This document shows positions 1-13,654 of a stretch of 64,000 bases of DNA, piece by piece; position 1 is the stretch's first letter; the number at the start of each line of letters is the position of its first letter. The position numbers and the translations under genes were made by a program. The notes under the pieces were generated by a model. The model had not been told where the DNA came from. It did no database searches and saw nothing but the letters and a program-made list of their open reading frames with translations. This DNA is from Mobula hypostoma (lineage: Eukaryota): positions 54,686,001-54,750,000 of the forward strand of contig NC_086108.1 in NCBI RefSeq assembly GCF_963921235.1. Direction: 5' to 3'.

Positions 1-162
1 AAACATTTAGATAGACACATGAATGTGAGGAAAATAGAGGGATATGGACATTATGTAGGCATAAGGATTAGTTTAGTTGGCTATTTGATTACTTATCCAT
101 TTGGTTCAGCACAACATTGTGGGCTGAAGGGCCAGTTCCTGTGCTGTTCTATGTCCTATGGT
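1..162 (+). mobile_element. CR1-type LINE 3' end
   Basis: Same 3' UTR as the copy at 33430-33590 (gggctgaagggccagttcctgtgctgttctatgtcctatg tail). Confidence 0.75.
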
Positions 163-923
163 TTAAGCACAGACACCTTGACAATAAAAATCATTGTAAT
201 ATATCGCATGGATTTCTTCTTTATCCTCAATTAACATCTAAATGTTAAAATCTTTAAACTGTATTGTGGAAATACGCCATGTTCTCATTGATTGTGAGAC
301 ATGATGACCTTGTTTTAATGTACTGAATTCATACATCTGCCATATACTAAGAGGACATAGCTGCACTGAAGAATTTGTTGGAATTGTTTAGTATTTTACA
401 TGGTGAATGTGTCTTAGTAATGGTGATCTCCGAATCATAAGCTTGTGATGTGCCTCAAATGTTATGCTTGTACCTGTGTCTTAGTTAAACACTCTAGGAA
501 AGTATGTGCAAGAAATAACTGGTCTATGTAGCTGGTTCTCTGCCCTGAGTATTGTTTAGTGTTGAATTAATGTAGCAGTCTTCCCACTAGTGAATATGCA
601 CCCGGAATACTTCAAAGTATTACCAGGGAAAATTGAGTCCAGGTTTCTTGTAGACTGCGAAAATGTTAGCTAATGAAAGGATCCTAACTTCAAGCTTTGC
701 TTCATGCTCAAGGAAGGTTAAAATGGAGCTCAGTTTACAGTATGAAGACACAACAAATTCCGCACTTAGTTTATACTTTCACCAGGATCTTTAGAAGGAT
801 CAATGAAATGATACATTGGTGCCTTAGGGAGAGCTTTTCCTGAGTGGAGTGAAAGGAATTTTGTCTTGGTCTGGAAGAGCATACAGTGGAATGCAAAAGC
901 TTGGGCACTCCTCTTCAAAATTT

Positions 924-2518
924 GTAGTCATAGTCATAGTCATACTTTATTGATCCCAGGGGGAGATTGGTTTTCGTTACAGTTGCACCATAATAATAAA
1001 TAGTAATAGAACCATAAATAGTTAAATAGTAATATGTAAATTATGCCAGTAAATTATGAAATAAGTCCAGGACCAGCCTATCGACTCAGAGTGTCATACC
1101 CTCCAAGGGAGGAGTTGTAAAGTTTGATGGCCACAGGCAGGAATGACTTCCTATGACGCTCTGTGCTGCATCTCGGAGGAATGAGTCTCTGGCTGAATGT
1201 ACTCCTGTGCCCACCCAGTACATTATGTAGTGGATGGGAGACATTGACCAAGATGGCATGCAACTTAGACAGCATCCTCTTTTCAGACACCACCGTGAGA
1301 GAGTCCAGTTCCATCTCCACAACATCACTGGCCTTACGAATGAGTTTGTTGATTCTGTTGGTGTTTGCTACCCTCAGCCTGCTGCCCCAGCACGCAACAG
1401 CAAACATGATAGCACTGGCCACCACAGACTTGTAGAACATCCTCAGCATCGTCCGGTAGATGTTAAGGGACCTCAGTCTCCTCAGGAAATAGAGACAGCT
1501 CTGACCCTTCTTGGAGACAGCCTCAGTGTTCTTTGACCATGGTTATGGTGAGAAGGCGGGGGAGTGGGACTAAATAGGAGAATGGATCAGCTCATGATAA
1601 AATGGCGGAGCAGACTCGATGGGCCGAATAGCCTACCTCTGCTCCTTTGTCTTATGGACCAGTCTAGTTTATTGTCAATTCGTATCCCCAGGTATTTGTA
1701 ATCCTCCACCATATCCACACTGACCCCCTGGATGTAAACAGGGGTCACTGGTACCTTAGCTCTCCTCAGGTCTACCACCAGCTCCTTAGTCTTTTTCACA
1801 TTAAGCTGCAGATAATTCTGCTCACACCATGTGACAAAGTTTCCTACCGTAGCCCTGTACTCAACCTCATCTCCCTTGCTGATGCATCCAACTATGGCAG
1901 AGTCATCCGAAAACTTCTGAAGATGACAAGACTCTGTGCAGCAGTTGAAGTCCGAGGTGTAAATGGTGAAGAGAAAGGGAGACAAGACAGTCCCCTGTGG
2001 AGCCCCAGTGCTGCTGATCACCCTGTCGGACACACAGTGTTGCAAGCACACGTACTGTGGTCTGCCAGTCAGGTAATCAAGAATCCATGATACCAGGGAA
2101 GCATCCACCTGCATCGCTGTCAGCTTCTCCCCCAGCAGAGCAGGGCGGATGGTGTTGAACACACTGGAGAAGTCAAAAAACATGACCCTCACAGTGCTCG
2201 CTGTCTTGTCCAGGTGGGCATAGACATGGTTCAGCAGGTAGATGATGGCATCCTCAACTCCTAGTCGGGGCTGGTAAGCGAACTGGAGGGGATCTAAGTG
2301 TGGCCTGACCATAGGCCAGAGCAGCTCCAGAACAAGTCTCTCCAAGGTCTTCATGATATGGGAGGTCAATGCCACCGGTCTGTAGTCATTGAGGCCGCTG
2401 GGGTGCGGCGTCTTCAGCACAGGGACGAGGCAGGACGTCTTCCACAGCACAGGAACCCTCCGGAGCCTCAGGCTCAGGTTGAATACATGGCAAAGTACTC
2501 CACATAGCTGAGGGGCTA
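924..2518 (-). mobile_element. Rex1/Babar-clade LINE, 5'-truncated, near-intact RT
   Basis: ORFs 1587-2450 (NDYRPVALTS, GAPQGTVLSPFLF, FSDD) and 1078-1449. 3' end is AATAAA followed by a (TATGAC)n tail. Confidence 0.9.
1540..1656 (+). mobile_element. CR1 3'-end fragment inserted in the Rex1 ORF
   Basis: CR1-type 3' UTR (gcagactcgatgggccgaatagcct...cttatgg) with GACCA duplicated at 1535-1539 and 1657-1661. Removing it restores the frame DNKLDWSKNTEAVSKKGQS. Confidence 0.85.
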
Positions 2519-2700
2519 TTCTGTTACTGTGAATAGCTAAGCGAGTAAAAGATTACCTGATTTCCAAAAGTCATAAAGTTAAAGATGACACATTTCTTTA
2601 ATATTTTAAGCGAGATTACTTTTTTATTTCCATCTTTTACAGTTTCAAAATATCAAAAAAGGAAAAGGGCCTGAAGCAAAAGTTTGGGCACCTTGCATGG

Positions 2701-3727
2701 TCAGTACTTAGTAACACCCCCTTTGGCAAGTATCACAGCTTGTAATCGCTTTCTGTAGCCAGCTAAGAGTCTTTCAATTCTTGTTTGGGGGATTTTCGCC
2801 CATTCTTCTTTGCAAAAGGCTTCTAGTTCTGTGAGATTCTTGGACCGTCTTGCATGCACTGCTCTTTTGAGGTCTATCCACAGATTTTCAATGATGTTTA
2901 GTTTGGGGGTATGTGAGGGCCATGGCAAAACCTTCATCTTGCTGCTCTTGAGGTAGTCCATTGTGGATTTTGAGGTGTGTTTCGGATCGTTATCCTTTTA
3001 TAGAAGCCATCCTCTTTTCATCTTCAGCTTTTTTTTTTACAGACAGTGTGATGTTTGCTTCCAGAATTTGCTGGTATTTAATTGAACTCATTCTTCCCTC
3101 TACCAGTGAAATGTTCCCCGTCCCACTGGCTGCAACACAAGCCCAAAGCATGATTGATCCACCCCCATGCTTAACAGTTGGAGAGGTGTTCTTTTCATGA
3201 AATTCTGCACCCTTTTTTCTCCAAACATACCTTTGCTCATTGCGGTCAAAAAGTTCTATTTTAACTTCATCAGTCCACAGGATTTGTTTTCCAAATGCAT
3301 CAGGCTTGTTTAGATGTTCCTTTGCAAACTTCTGATGCTCAATTTTGTGGTGAGGATGCAGGAAAGGTTTTCTTCTGATGACTCTTCCATGAAGGTCATA
3401 TTTGTGCAGGTGTTGCTGCACAGTAGAACAGCGCACCACCACTCCAGAGTCTGCTAAGTCTTCCTGAAGGTCTTTTGCAGTCAAATGGGGTTTTTGATTT
3501 GCCTTTCTAGCAATCCTATGAGCAGTTCTCTCGAAAAGTTTTCTTGGTCTTGCAGACCTCAACTTGACCTCTACCGTTCCTGTTAACTGCCATTTCTTAA
3601 TTACATTACGAACTGAGGAATCGGCTACCTGAAAATGCTTTGCTATCTTCTTATAGCCTTCTCCTGCTTTGTGGGCATCATTTATTTTAATTTTCAGAAT
3701 GCTAGGCAGCTGCTTAGAGGAGTCCAT
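2701..3727 (-). pseudogene. Tc1 transposase, disrupted
   Basis: HTH region, WTDE motif, and DNDPKH...NIIE with 34 residues between D and E. Broken by a frameshift in the T/A run near 3030 and an in-frame TAA at 2998-3000. Confidence 0.92.
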
Positions 3728-4929
3728 GGCTTCTGATTGTTGGGAAAAGGTTTGAAGAGTCAGGGTATTTATAAAGCTTTGAAATTTGCATCACCTGGCC
3801 TTTCCTAACGATGACTGTGAACAAGCCATAGCCCTAACAAGCTAATTAAGGTCTGAGACCTTGGTAAAAGTTATCTGAGAGTTCAAATCTCTTGGGATGC
3901 CCAAACTTTTGCATGGTGCTCCTTTCCTTCTTTTCACTCTAAAATTGTACAAAACAGAAATAATACACTAATCTTACTTAAGATGTTGAAAAGAGTGTTT
4001 CATCTTTAACTTTATGACTTTTGGAGATCAGTTCATCTTCTACTCACTTAACTATTCACAGTAACAGAAATTTTGACCAGCGGTGCCCAAACTTTTGCAT
4101 GCCACTGTATAAGATGATGTAAAACGAACTGTGTCATTTACATAATTTGTACTTGCATTTAGAAACTATACTTACTTCAGAATAGGTTAATCGGTCATTG
4201 TAAATTGTTCTGCAATTTGGCTAGTGTTAAATAGGTGGGTTGCTGGGCATGCGACTCATCGAGCCGGAAAAGCCTGTATCTTTAAAAAAAAATAAAAGTT
4301 GGACAATTTAAACTCATGACCACCAGTATTTTCACTGGCTGAATTATTAAAGAAATTGTCTAATTTATAATAATGCTGGGAGTGTTCCCAAATTTGATCT
4401 TTATTTATATGGATTAATTATATCAATGAAACAGATGAGATTCACTCTGTACAAGTTGGGGAGGGGAATGACAATGACAGTCTCAGGCTCCATTTGAGCA
4501 GCTGGTATTGAAGTGTGATCAAACATGTGAAATTTGACTGATTTTTCTTGCTGTAAGTCTAGTAACGCTGTGGTTGCCCCGGGGCTAGGAGCAGTTAATT
4601 TATCGGGGTCTGATATTCAGGCCTGATAATCATCGCAGAGCACTGCAAAGACAATCCAATTACAGACAGGTATTTTGGTGAGGCAGAATTCATTTAAGAT
4701 TAGTAATGAAACTATTTAGAGAACCAATAATGAAATTGGGGAAATGCATTAAAGGAAATCTAATCATTTAAATGTTAGGAGTTCAGATCTCGATAAGAAA
4801 AATAAACATGTGAGAGGCATGGAGAGGCAGGAAGAACATCACTGGCTTCAGTCAGCCTAGTTGTAGAGCCTTGGAACGCAGACACAAAGGGCTGATGGGT
4901 TAAACCAACCCTTCAATAGGTTTGGCAAT

Positions 4930-6842
4930 TGCTTTCCTGTTTACACACTCCTCAGCACACCAGCCCAGTGTTCCCTTAGCACCAACACCTCCCCTCCTCC
5001 CCCCCCTCCAATTCAACACATGGAAGAACAACTAAGGCTACCATGGTCTACAATCCCTCCTCCCCCTGCACCTACCATCCACACCTCCACATACCAATTG
5101 CCATTGTTTGGATCTTCACCTCCCCCAGCCCCCCAGTCGTCATGGACTTGCCTTCACTACTGAGCAGGTGAAAAGGACTCTGGGGAAACTCAGACACAGC
5201 AAAGCATCAGCACCAGACGGTGTGAAGGAGAGTGCTGAGCAACTGTGGTGAGTTCTCCAGTGCATTTTCAGTCGGAGTCTCAGCCTGGAAAGGGTCCCGA
5301 CTGTGTGGAAAACATCATGTGTGATTCCTGTGCCCAAGAAGGACAGAGCAAAAGTCTTGAATGACTACCGTCACTGGCCCTGGGCTCACTCATCCAGGAG
5401 TCCCTAGAGAGGCTGGTCCTGGCTCATCTCTGCCCCCTGGTCAGGTCAGCCCTCCATTCCCTGCAATTTGCCTACCAGGACCACACTGGAGTTGATGATG
5501 CTGTCACGTACCCTCTGAACAGAGCCTACTCACATTTGGATAAGCAGGGCAGGACTGTGAGGATCATCTTTTTTGATTTCTCAAGTGCCTTCAAGACCAT
5601 ACTGCCCTCACTGCTGGGGGAAAACTCCATTCAATGCCGGTTGGCACTTCCATTGTATCCTGGATAATGGACTACCTGACTGGCAGACCACAGTTTGTGT
5701 GTCATACATGGCTATAAGCAGCACTGGGGCCACACAGGAGATTGTATTGGCTCCCTTCCTGTTTACCAGTATACCCCGGACTTCAGATACAACACTGAGT
5801 CATGTCATCTGCAGAAATTCTCTGATGACTCAGCAATATTTGGAGGTATAAAGGGAGGATGGAAGGATGAATACAGAGTCCTGGTGGAGGACTTTGTCAC
5901 ATGGTCATCTGCAGCTCAATATCAGTAAGATAAAAGGGATTTTGTTGGACTTTAGAAAGACTAAGTCTGCACTGCTCCCTGTTACTGATAGTGAGGACGT
6001 GGATGTGGTGAGGACCTACAAGTACTTGGGAGTGCACCTGGATGACAGACTTGAGTGGAGCACCAACAGAGAGGCTGTGTACAAGAAGGGCCAGAGTTAC
6101 TCCGCTTCCTGAGGAGGCCTTGGTCCTTTGGAGTATGTAGGCCCCTCCTTCACATGTTCTACCAGTCTGCTGTCATCAGTACAATCTTTTATGCAGTGGT
6201 GTGCTGGAGCAATGGTATTAACACAGATGATACCAATAAACTGATTAGAAAGGCTGGCTCTGTTATAGGAATCAAATTAGACACACTAGAGGCTGTGGTA
6301 GAACACAGGGCCCTCTGGAAAGTCCTGGCAATTCTGGACAATGCTTTTTACCTTCTATGCCACCTTGGCTGAACAGAGGAACACATTCAGTAATAGACCA
6401 AGACAACTGCGCTGCTCCAAAGAGTGCTATATTCTTACCCTCGGCCACTAAGCTCTATAATGAGTCAAACTATAGCCAGGAAAGTGATGACCCCCTCCTG
6501 TTAGATTATTATTAACCTCTGTTTAGTTCCATTTACCACACTCCGCTATCGCAGACAACCTGTGTAATACTGAGCAATTCTACCATCACTTCTTATCTGG
6601 ACAGTTTGAATGTTGACCCATGATCATATAATATTACAGTAATTCTTGCACTACCATCTTATAAATGTGAACTTGTAAATCTTGTACATCTTATTTTTTT
6701 AGGTAACAATTATCTTTTTTTCTTTACTTTTCTTACTTTCCATCTATTTGTGTATCACAGATATTTGTATACTGTATCTGTGTACGTGTAATGCTACTGT
6801 GACACTGCAATTTCCTTTTGGATCAATAAAGTATCTATCTGT
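4930..6842 (+). mobile_element. Rex1/Babar-clade LINE, decayed
   Basis: Frameshifted RT (CHLQKFSDDSAI, YKYLGVHLDDRLEW). 3' end ggatcAATAAAgtatctatct. The 5' boundary is approximate. Confidence 0.85.
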
Positions 6843-7199
6843 TTACAGTATGTGGGGAGCCCAATGTGAAACAACGTGGATTGAAGTCTCACAAACATAT
6901 ACAATAAATTGTATAAAATGTGGATACTAACTCCAATCGTGTTCCTCCTCTCCCGAATGTACTGATTTGTGTGGCAGTATTGTTTCACAGCCAATTATAC
7001 TTTTCTAGTACTTCATACAATAGCCTTTGCAATTGAATGTGAATAGTGAAAGGTTTAGCAAAACTAAGAATCTGTCGTACTTTAACAAATATGCTGGTGA
7101 GCATTACATGTGATTTTCCTGACTAAATATTCAAATACTTGATTTATAGCATATGCTATTAAAATGGCCATGAAATTTCTGTTTATGCAATTGTTGCTG

Positions 7200-8505
7200 G
7201 CTATAGACTGCCCCAAGCAGTAGCTAATATGTAGGACAGAGGCACAATGGGGCCTATATGAGGATTAAGAGGAAGTGTGGGTGATTTTAATCTTCATGTA
7301 CATTGGACATACCAAATTAAAAATAAATGTCTTGAGAATATCTTCAGTCACTGTGTCAGTGATGGTTGCTAAGAACAACACATCATGGAGCCAGTCAGGC
7401 AACACATTATTTTAGACCTTGCTATGTGCAGGGAGGATTAATTCATTGTCTTTTATAGAGGAACTTCTGCAAAAAAAAAGTATTATAGTGCGTTAGAATT
7501 TCACGGCCTGAAAATAAGAAACATATGTCCAAATCTGGTGACTTAAATGGAAGTAAGAGTAATTACAAAGAAGTGAAGGTGCTGCTGGCTAAAATGGAAC
7601 TGGAAGATAAAAAGTAGATAAGCAGCGGAAGATACTTAAGGAAGTGCTTCATAATTCATCACCTGGTGCGCTCCATTTAGAAACAGAGACACAGTAAGAA
7701 AGATTGGAAAATGTTAGAAACCAGCAAAGAATAATAAAAAAAACACGAAAATAGAACAAGAGAGAACTATGATATTATTAAGAGCTTCTACATGGACATA
7801 AAATAGAAGAAAGTATCTTAAGTCCCCAGGTAGATGAAAGTGGGAGATTAATCAATGGGAAATAAGGCAATGACAGAGACCACAAGCACATCTGCCATCT
7901 TCCTAAAAGACATTTACAGCCATTCTAACACAGAAAACTATGTCAGAAACATGAGGAAACTATGTCAGAAAATAAGATACTAGGCCAGTGGGCTAGACAT
8001 CTGCTATTTGGAAAGTGACTGAATCTACAATTCAAGGTAACAAAATTTAGAATAAAGCGATAGCATGGTATTATGAAAGGAAATCATGTTAGGCAAAGTT
8101 CTTTGAGGTTATAACAAGCAGGTTGGATAAAGCAGAACCAGGTGATTGAATGTATTCAGACTTGCAGAAGGCATTTGATAAGATGTCACACAAAGAAGCA
8201 CTGCATAATGTAAGCCTCTTGGAACTGTTGGTAATATATGAGCATGGTAAGGATTGGCTAACTAAGGGTAATGAATTTTGTTCAGGCTGATAGTCTGCAG
8301 AGTTATCTGTCTCAGGGAGTGCTGAGGACTGAACCTTTGAACACATTCAAGGCAGAGAATCAGATTTTGTCTATATGAGAGTCAAGTATTAAGAGAACAG
8401 GCAGGGAAGCGAATCAGAGGCTAAACTCAGCCAGGATCTTGTTATATAATGGGGCAAGCATGAGGGAAATTTGGCCAGATCTTGCTCCCACTTCTAATGT
8501 TCTTA
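7200..8505 (+). mobile_element. Old, deleted CR1-type LINE
   Basis: Degenerate endonuclease and RT remnants (gacttgcagaaggcatttgataag, DxQKAFDK) and a CR1-like 3' UTR. Boundaries approximate. Confidence 0.6.
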
Positions 8506-9049
8506 AACATTCACAGTTCAACAGTTTTCTGGTAGCAATATTACTTATCTTGTGTTTTCATTTGACCTTTAGCAGAAGTTGAAAACAATGGAATCAGAAC
8601 ATATTCGAAAGAAACAAGGATTACAATGTCTCTCCTCTTTAATGTAGATGGAAACATACTTACAATCAACGAAGTACAACAGAAACATATAACAATCATT
8701 TTCATAATTACAGATTTGATCTTGTTCATTCTGAATTATAAGCTCAGTTGATGCTGGAACATAACCACTGAATGGTAACATATCTTTTCAAGATGAGTCA
8801 GCCCTCTCTTACAACATCAGTCATAGATTCACACAGCACAGAAAGAGGCCCTGCAGCCCACGGGATCCATCAATCGCCCATTTCAGTTCAGGTAAGACAT
8901 TTCTGATTCCAGCAAATGCTCACGTGGTCCACTTGCTGACAGGAACATACAGCATCTCATGCGATATTGGCAATGTTTCTTCAAATAACATTCATTCACA
9001 TGAACCACCAGTGCAATTGGTCCTGGGCAATCATTAACACATTTCTATA

Positions 9050-11780
9050 ATTAGCTTCTTGTACAAATATAGTATTCTCTACTTCGAAATGGTGATCACA
9101 GCTCCGGCATCGTGTTGTTCCTTCATCTTTATGTGTTTGGACCCGCAGTAGAACTAAGATCTGGCTGCATCAAATCCGAATGCATATTGAAGTATTTGTC
9201 GATGGTGAACTCAGCAACCCTCTGTTCTGTGGTTGAAAGCGGTGTATTCGATGCTGGATGAAGACATGTTCAATTGCCTCAATTTCATTTGCTTTCATCT
9301 TTTTCAGTCCATCTTCCACTCTTGATGCCAGCTGTTTGAAGCTGGGTGATGAGGTGCAAATGCATTCATCCTATCCCTTTCCTTCTGCACAATGCAGCAA
9401 GTCCAGCAACAGTGAACTCAGTTCCACTGTCTGACTTTGGAAGACCACGTGGAGTGAAGCTCACTGTGAAGTCTTCGTTTGAGATGTACAAGTTCCATAG
9501 GAACTGCTTCTGTCCACTTTGAATATGATCCATTACAGTAAGGATCCTTTTCCCATTAATAGATCTGCACAATTCACTTACGTCCAGAGACAAGTGTTGA
9601 GAGGAGCTATAGGTGGATTTCTAGCCAATTGGTGATGTAGTGGCATCCACAAAAGATTGCGAGGCGAGTTGTCCCAGGTTCAAATCCGACTGGCTCCTTG
9701 CATGCTTTCCATCCATGCCGGGTTGAGCGTTGAGCTAGCAACTCGGCCTCAGAAAAAACAAAGAAATGGTAAAGAAACAGCAGGGTTGCTGCCCGATGAG
9801 CCACAAGGCATGGAAAGGAACAACAACTATAGGTAGATTGCTGCTAAGCTCGTGTCATGGCTCAAGTTCAGTCCCAGTATCTCCCTGTTACTCAGCCACT
9901 CCTGGCCACCAAATAAATGTGACAAGTTGCCTAATGTATCAAACACCCCACGGAACTGCTTCGGAATAACCTCTCTTCTTTGCAGCAGAACAACAGCTCT
10001 GGATTCCCAAAGAACAACAGCATTCGGGATGATGAGTTGGTGGTTTGCCCTGTAATGTTGTCCACAGATGTGTCACCTTCTCATTCTCCTTCCTATCCAT
10101 GTTGTATACCTGCAACAGGATAAGAGGCATGCTTTGTCATGGTAGCAAGCTGTTGATTTGTGATTTGTGCATTGCAGCAATGACTGAAGCTCAGCCTGCA
10201 ATAGTATTGCACATGAGGATACCATTAACTAACTCTGCATCCACATCTGATTGTCTGCTCCTGTAACTCCAGGATACAGTCAGTGCTAATGGCTACATCA
10301 GTGCTCTGGCATCAGCCAGCCAAGGAACCCTCTTGAATTTAACATGAAAATTGAATGCTTCAGACAGGCAACCGCTTGTGGAAATTCACCACATGTCCAT
10401 GTTAGATGGCTGTGTAATAGATTTTAAGAAATCTTGCAGGATATCCAAAAGAAGTCATCAAAAGGAAAATGTCCAGTCACAGATTCATGCTGGACAGCTT
10501 TTTTAATGAACTGACTTTTCTTAAAAACACATCTCGGTGGATAAAAATGAATCAAATTTTGTTTCTTACAAAAGTGAAGGGGAGGATGGAAACTGAAGAA
10601 AGGCAAAGCACTGGCAGTCCCAGGCAGCAAAATGTTCTTTACTCTATGTTTGTTTCTTCTCAGCTTTTGGGAGAGATCTTGGTGCACAACCAATTCATGG
10701 TTCATCTCCCATTCTCCAAACTGTATGACAAAACTGCACCACTGCAGTCAGCACGACTTTACTGAAAAATAATGAACAAACACTGAGCTCAGCAGCAACT
10801 GTCTTAACTCTTGGAACTTGCATGCTGTTTTGTGATTCAGCAGTTCCTATAGAGGACCGGGCATGGAACATGAATATGACATAAGATGTCCATGGTAATT
10901 GCTAATTCTTAAATCAGTCAGGTTGATGGAACTAGGTTCACCCAAATTTGCTGTAACCTTGTCCTCAGCTTGGTGGAGTCCATTAGCATCCATTGTTTGC
11001 TCAGTTAGAGCACTGCTGGAGCAGCAAAAGTATGTCTTTCTTCAATCATCCCCTTGCTTCTCAGAATCAGTTTACACCTTCCAGCTTCTCCTTGTGTTTA
11101 TTCTCTATCTTTGTAGACCTCAAGATGTCATCTGTTACCTATGACATCTGGCAGACTTTGGATGTAGCTGCCCAATGTCCTCTGGAAACTGCTTGGAGCT
11201 GACGCTGTCCTGAAAGGAAGTTTGTTACATTATAGAAGCCCAAGGTGAGTATAAACTGTGGAATCCTACCTTGAGTCTTAGTCCAACCTGTGACATGCCA
11301 AAGATTGTGAATCTCTGTCATCCGACCACCTGCATGAACAATCATCAGCCAGATGTAAAGGGTATTGGCATACCTGCATATGCATGTTCTTGTCTGTGAG
11401 TCTCTGCACTATACTGCTCAATAGACTCCATCCTGCTAGGTTGCCACTTGATACCACAATTAAGGCAGGGAGTCATTTTCTTCGCTGTTATATTGCAGTT
11501 GCCATGACTACTTTCCATCAGAAAGATCTTCCTTTTCCCTGAAGATGCAGAGGAGCTGGGCCATGCTTTGGTAACATCCTGAACCCTGTCTGGCTAACAT
11601 TACACGTTCTTTGTCCACTGGACTGTTACATCTCAATTGCCTGGACAATATCAATTGCTGCTTGAAATTCACTTTTGTCTTGCCAAGCAGCTTCATTTGA
11701 ATGTGCACATTTAAAATTGCATAACTTATACAGTATTCAGCAATCCATTGCAAATCCTGCAACAGTTTCATTTGGCAGCT
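9050..11780 (-). mobile_element. Decayed Gypsy/Ty3 LTR-retrotransposon pol (RT followed by integrase)
   Basis: Minus-strand fragments: KLPFRTASAPSSFQRTL..DDIL (RT, ~11120-11230), FIWWPGVAE (~9890-9920), and HSKWTEAVPM, RGLPKSDSGTEFT, HPASN (integrase core, ~9330-9560). Many stops and frameshifts; LTRs not recognised. Confidence 0.8.
9623..9826 (+). mobile_element. tRNA-headed SINE with RTE-like body and (AAC)n tail
   Basis: B box GGTTCAAATCC. TSD of ~16 bp, ctataggt(g/a)gatt(t/g)ct, at 9607-9622 and 9827-9842. Confidence 0.8.
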
Positions 11781-12149
11781 GTTTTCAACTGCTAAACTCG
11801 TGCATTGCCTTATAGGACTGGGGCCCAGTGCATGTTGATCACTAATTTAATCAATTTTCAAACGTTTTCTTCCGAGCTCAGTTGGTTGGTGCCAGTTAAG
11901 AAGACAAATACCCTTCTTCGCTTTTGCATTTGCAGCAAAAAAATTTACACATTCAATCCGAGAGTGAACTGAATATTTTAAAGTATCTAAACTGTTAATT
12001 ATTGTCATCTTTACTGACACAGTCACAGAACAACTGATGCAAAAATAACAGGCTGTATCAATGAAATTGAACAGTAAACCATGCATTTCCACTTTTCAGA
12101 GAAAAAAAAGCAACAAAGTCTCACAAAAGGCAAGCACTGCCTACTCATT

Positions 12150-13290
12150 CTAATCCATCTTCTTTCATTGCTCACTTCTCAGTTCCTTCGCCTCCAGCGC
12201 ATCTGTTCCCAGGATGAGGCTTTCCTTTCCAGGACATCAGAGATATCCTCCTTCTTCAAAGAACAGGGTTTTCCTTCCTCCACCAATGATGCTGCCCTTA
12301 CCCGCATCTTCTCAATTCCCTGAACATCCATACTCACCCCATCCTCCTACCACCTTAACAGTGATAGAGTTCCTTTTGTCCATACTTACCACCCCATGAC
12401 CCCATGACCCTCCACATCCAACACATCATTCTCCAAAGAAATCCTACCACCAAAGATATCTTTACCTCACCAAACTCTCTGCATTCCACTGGGATTGCTT
12501 CCCTTGTCCATTCGCCTTTCCTTCTAATCTCTCTTCAGGCACTTATCCCTGCAAGAGGCCAAAGTGCTACACCCGCCCATTCACTTCCTCTCTCACCTCC
12601 ATTCTGGGCCCCAAACAGTTCTTCCAGGTGAGGCAACATGTTGCTTGCAAATTTGCTGGGGTTGTCTATTGTATCTGGTGCTCCCGATGCGACCTCTTCC
12701 ATGTTGGTGAGACCTGTCATAAGTTGGGGTACCACTTTGTTGTGAACTTCTGCTTCATCTGCCAAAAGCATAAATTTCCAGTAGCCAAATGATCAATTCC
12801 TATTTCCATTTCCATTCTGACATGTCAGTCCACGATCTCCTCTTGTTCCACCCTCAGGGTGGAAGAGCAATACCTTATATTCTGTTTGAATAGCCTCCAA
12901 CCTGATGGCATGAATATCGATTTCTCCTTCTGGGAGAAAAAAATTCCCTCGTCCTCCCCTCTTCTTTTATACCCCATTCTGGCGTCTTACCTCTTCTATC
13001 TCACCTGTGAACTCCACCTGGTCCCATCCTCCTTCCTTTTCTCCTATGGTCCACTCTCCTCTCCTATCAGGTTCCTTCCTCTCCAGCCCTTTATCTTTCC
13101 CACCTACCTGGCTTCACCTATCACCTTCTAGCTATCCTTCTTCTCCTCCCCCCACCTTTTTATTCTGTCACCTTCCACCTTCCTTTGCAGTCCTGAAGAA
13201 GGGTCTCACCCCAAAACATCTACTGTATTTATTTTCATAGATACTGCCTGGCCTGCTGAGTTCTTCCAGCATTTTGTGTGCAGAATTTCT
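12150..13290 (+). mobile_element. Penelope-like element 3' part (decayed GIY-YIG and pLTR)
   Basis: SQFLRLQRICSQDEAF, GVVYCIWCSRC..GET remnants, pyrimidine-rich tract and the shared gctgcctggcctgctgagtt tail. Confidence 0.8.
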
Positions 13291-13654
13291 CCTGTGTCTC
13301 TCCCATTGCTGTCACCCAAGCCTGAAACCAAAAGTAAGATGACAATATATTGCTAACTGATAAGTGCTAATCACTGAAAATAATGAACTGGTGAATTTTG
13401 CTCCAAGAGGTAAACTGTTTGAAAAAGTGGTGTAAAAGGCTATATCTTTGAATGAAATCTAAAATTTCCCTGACTGCTAAAATCCAACAAAACTCTCACA
13501 AAGGTGACTAACACTTACACATGCAATTCATTGCTCAACTCAGCCCATTGGTTTCCAAAGATCATGTATCAATGGCTTACCAGAAATATTAGGGTTGATT
13601 TTGACTTTGAGGTGACTGATCTGTGAAAGATTTGGGTCAGCTGCAAAGAGACCT

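Larger units (their letters stand above)
884..4107 (-). mobile_element. Tc1 (DD34E) DNA transposon, IR/DR type, with a LINE inserted in one TIR
   Basis: TA-CAGTGG...CCACTG-TA ends (TA at 882-883 and 4108-4109). TIRs of ~210 bp each carry two GCAAAAG(T/C)TTGGGCA direct repeats. Transposase gene inside. Confidence 0.95.
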
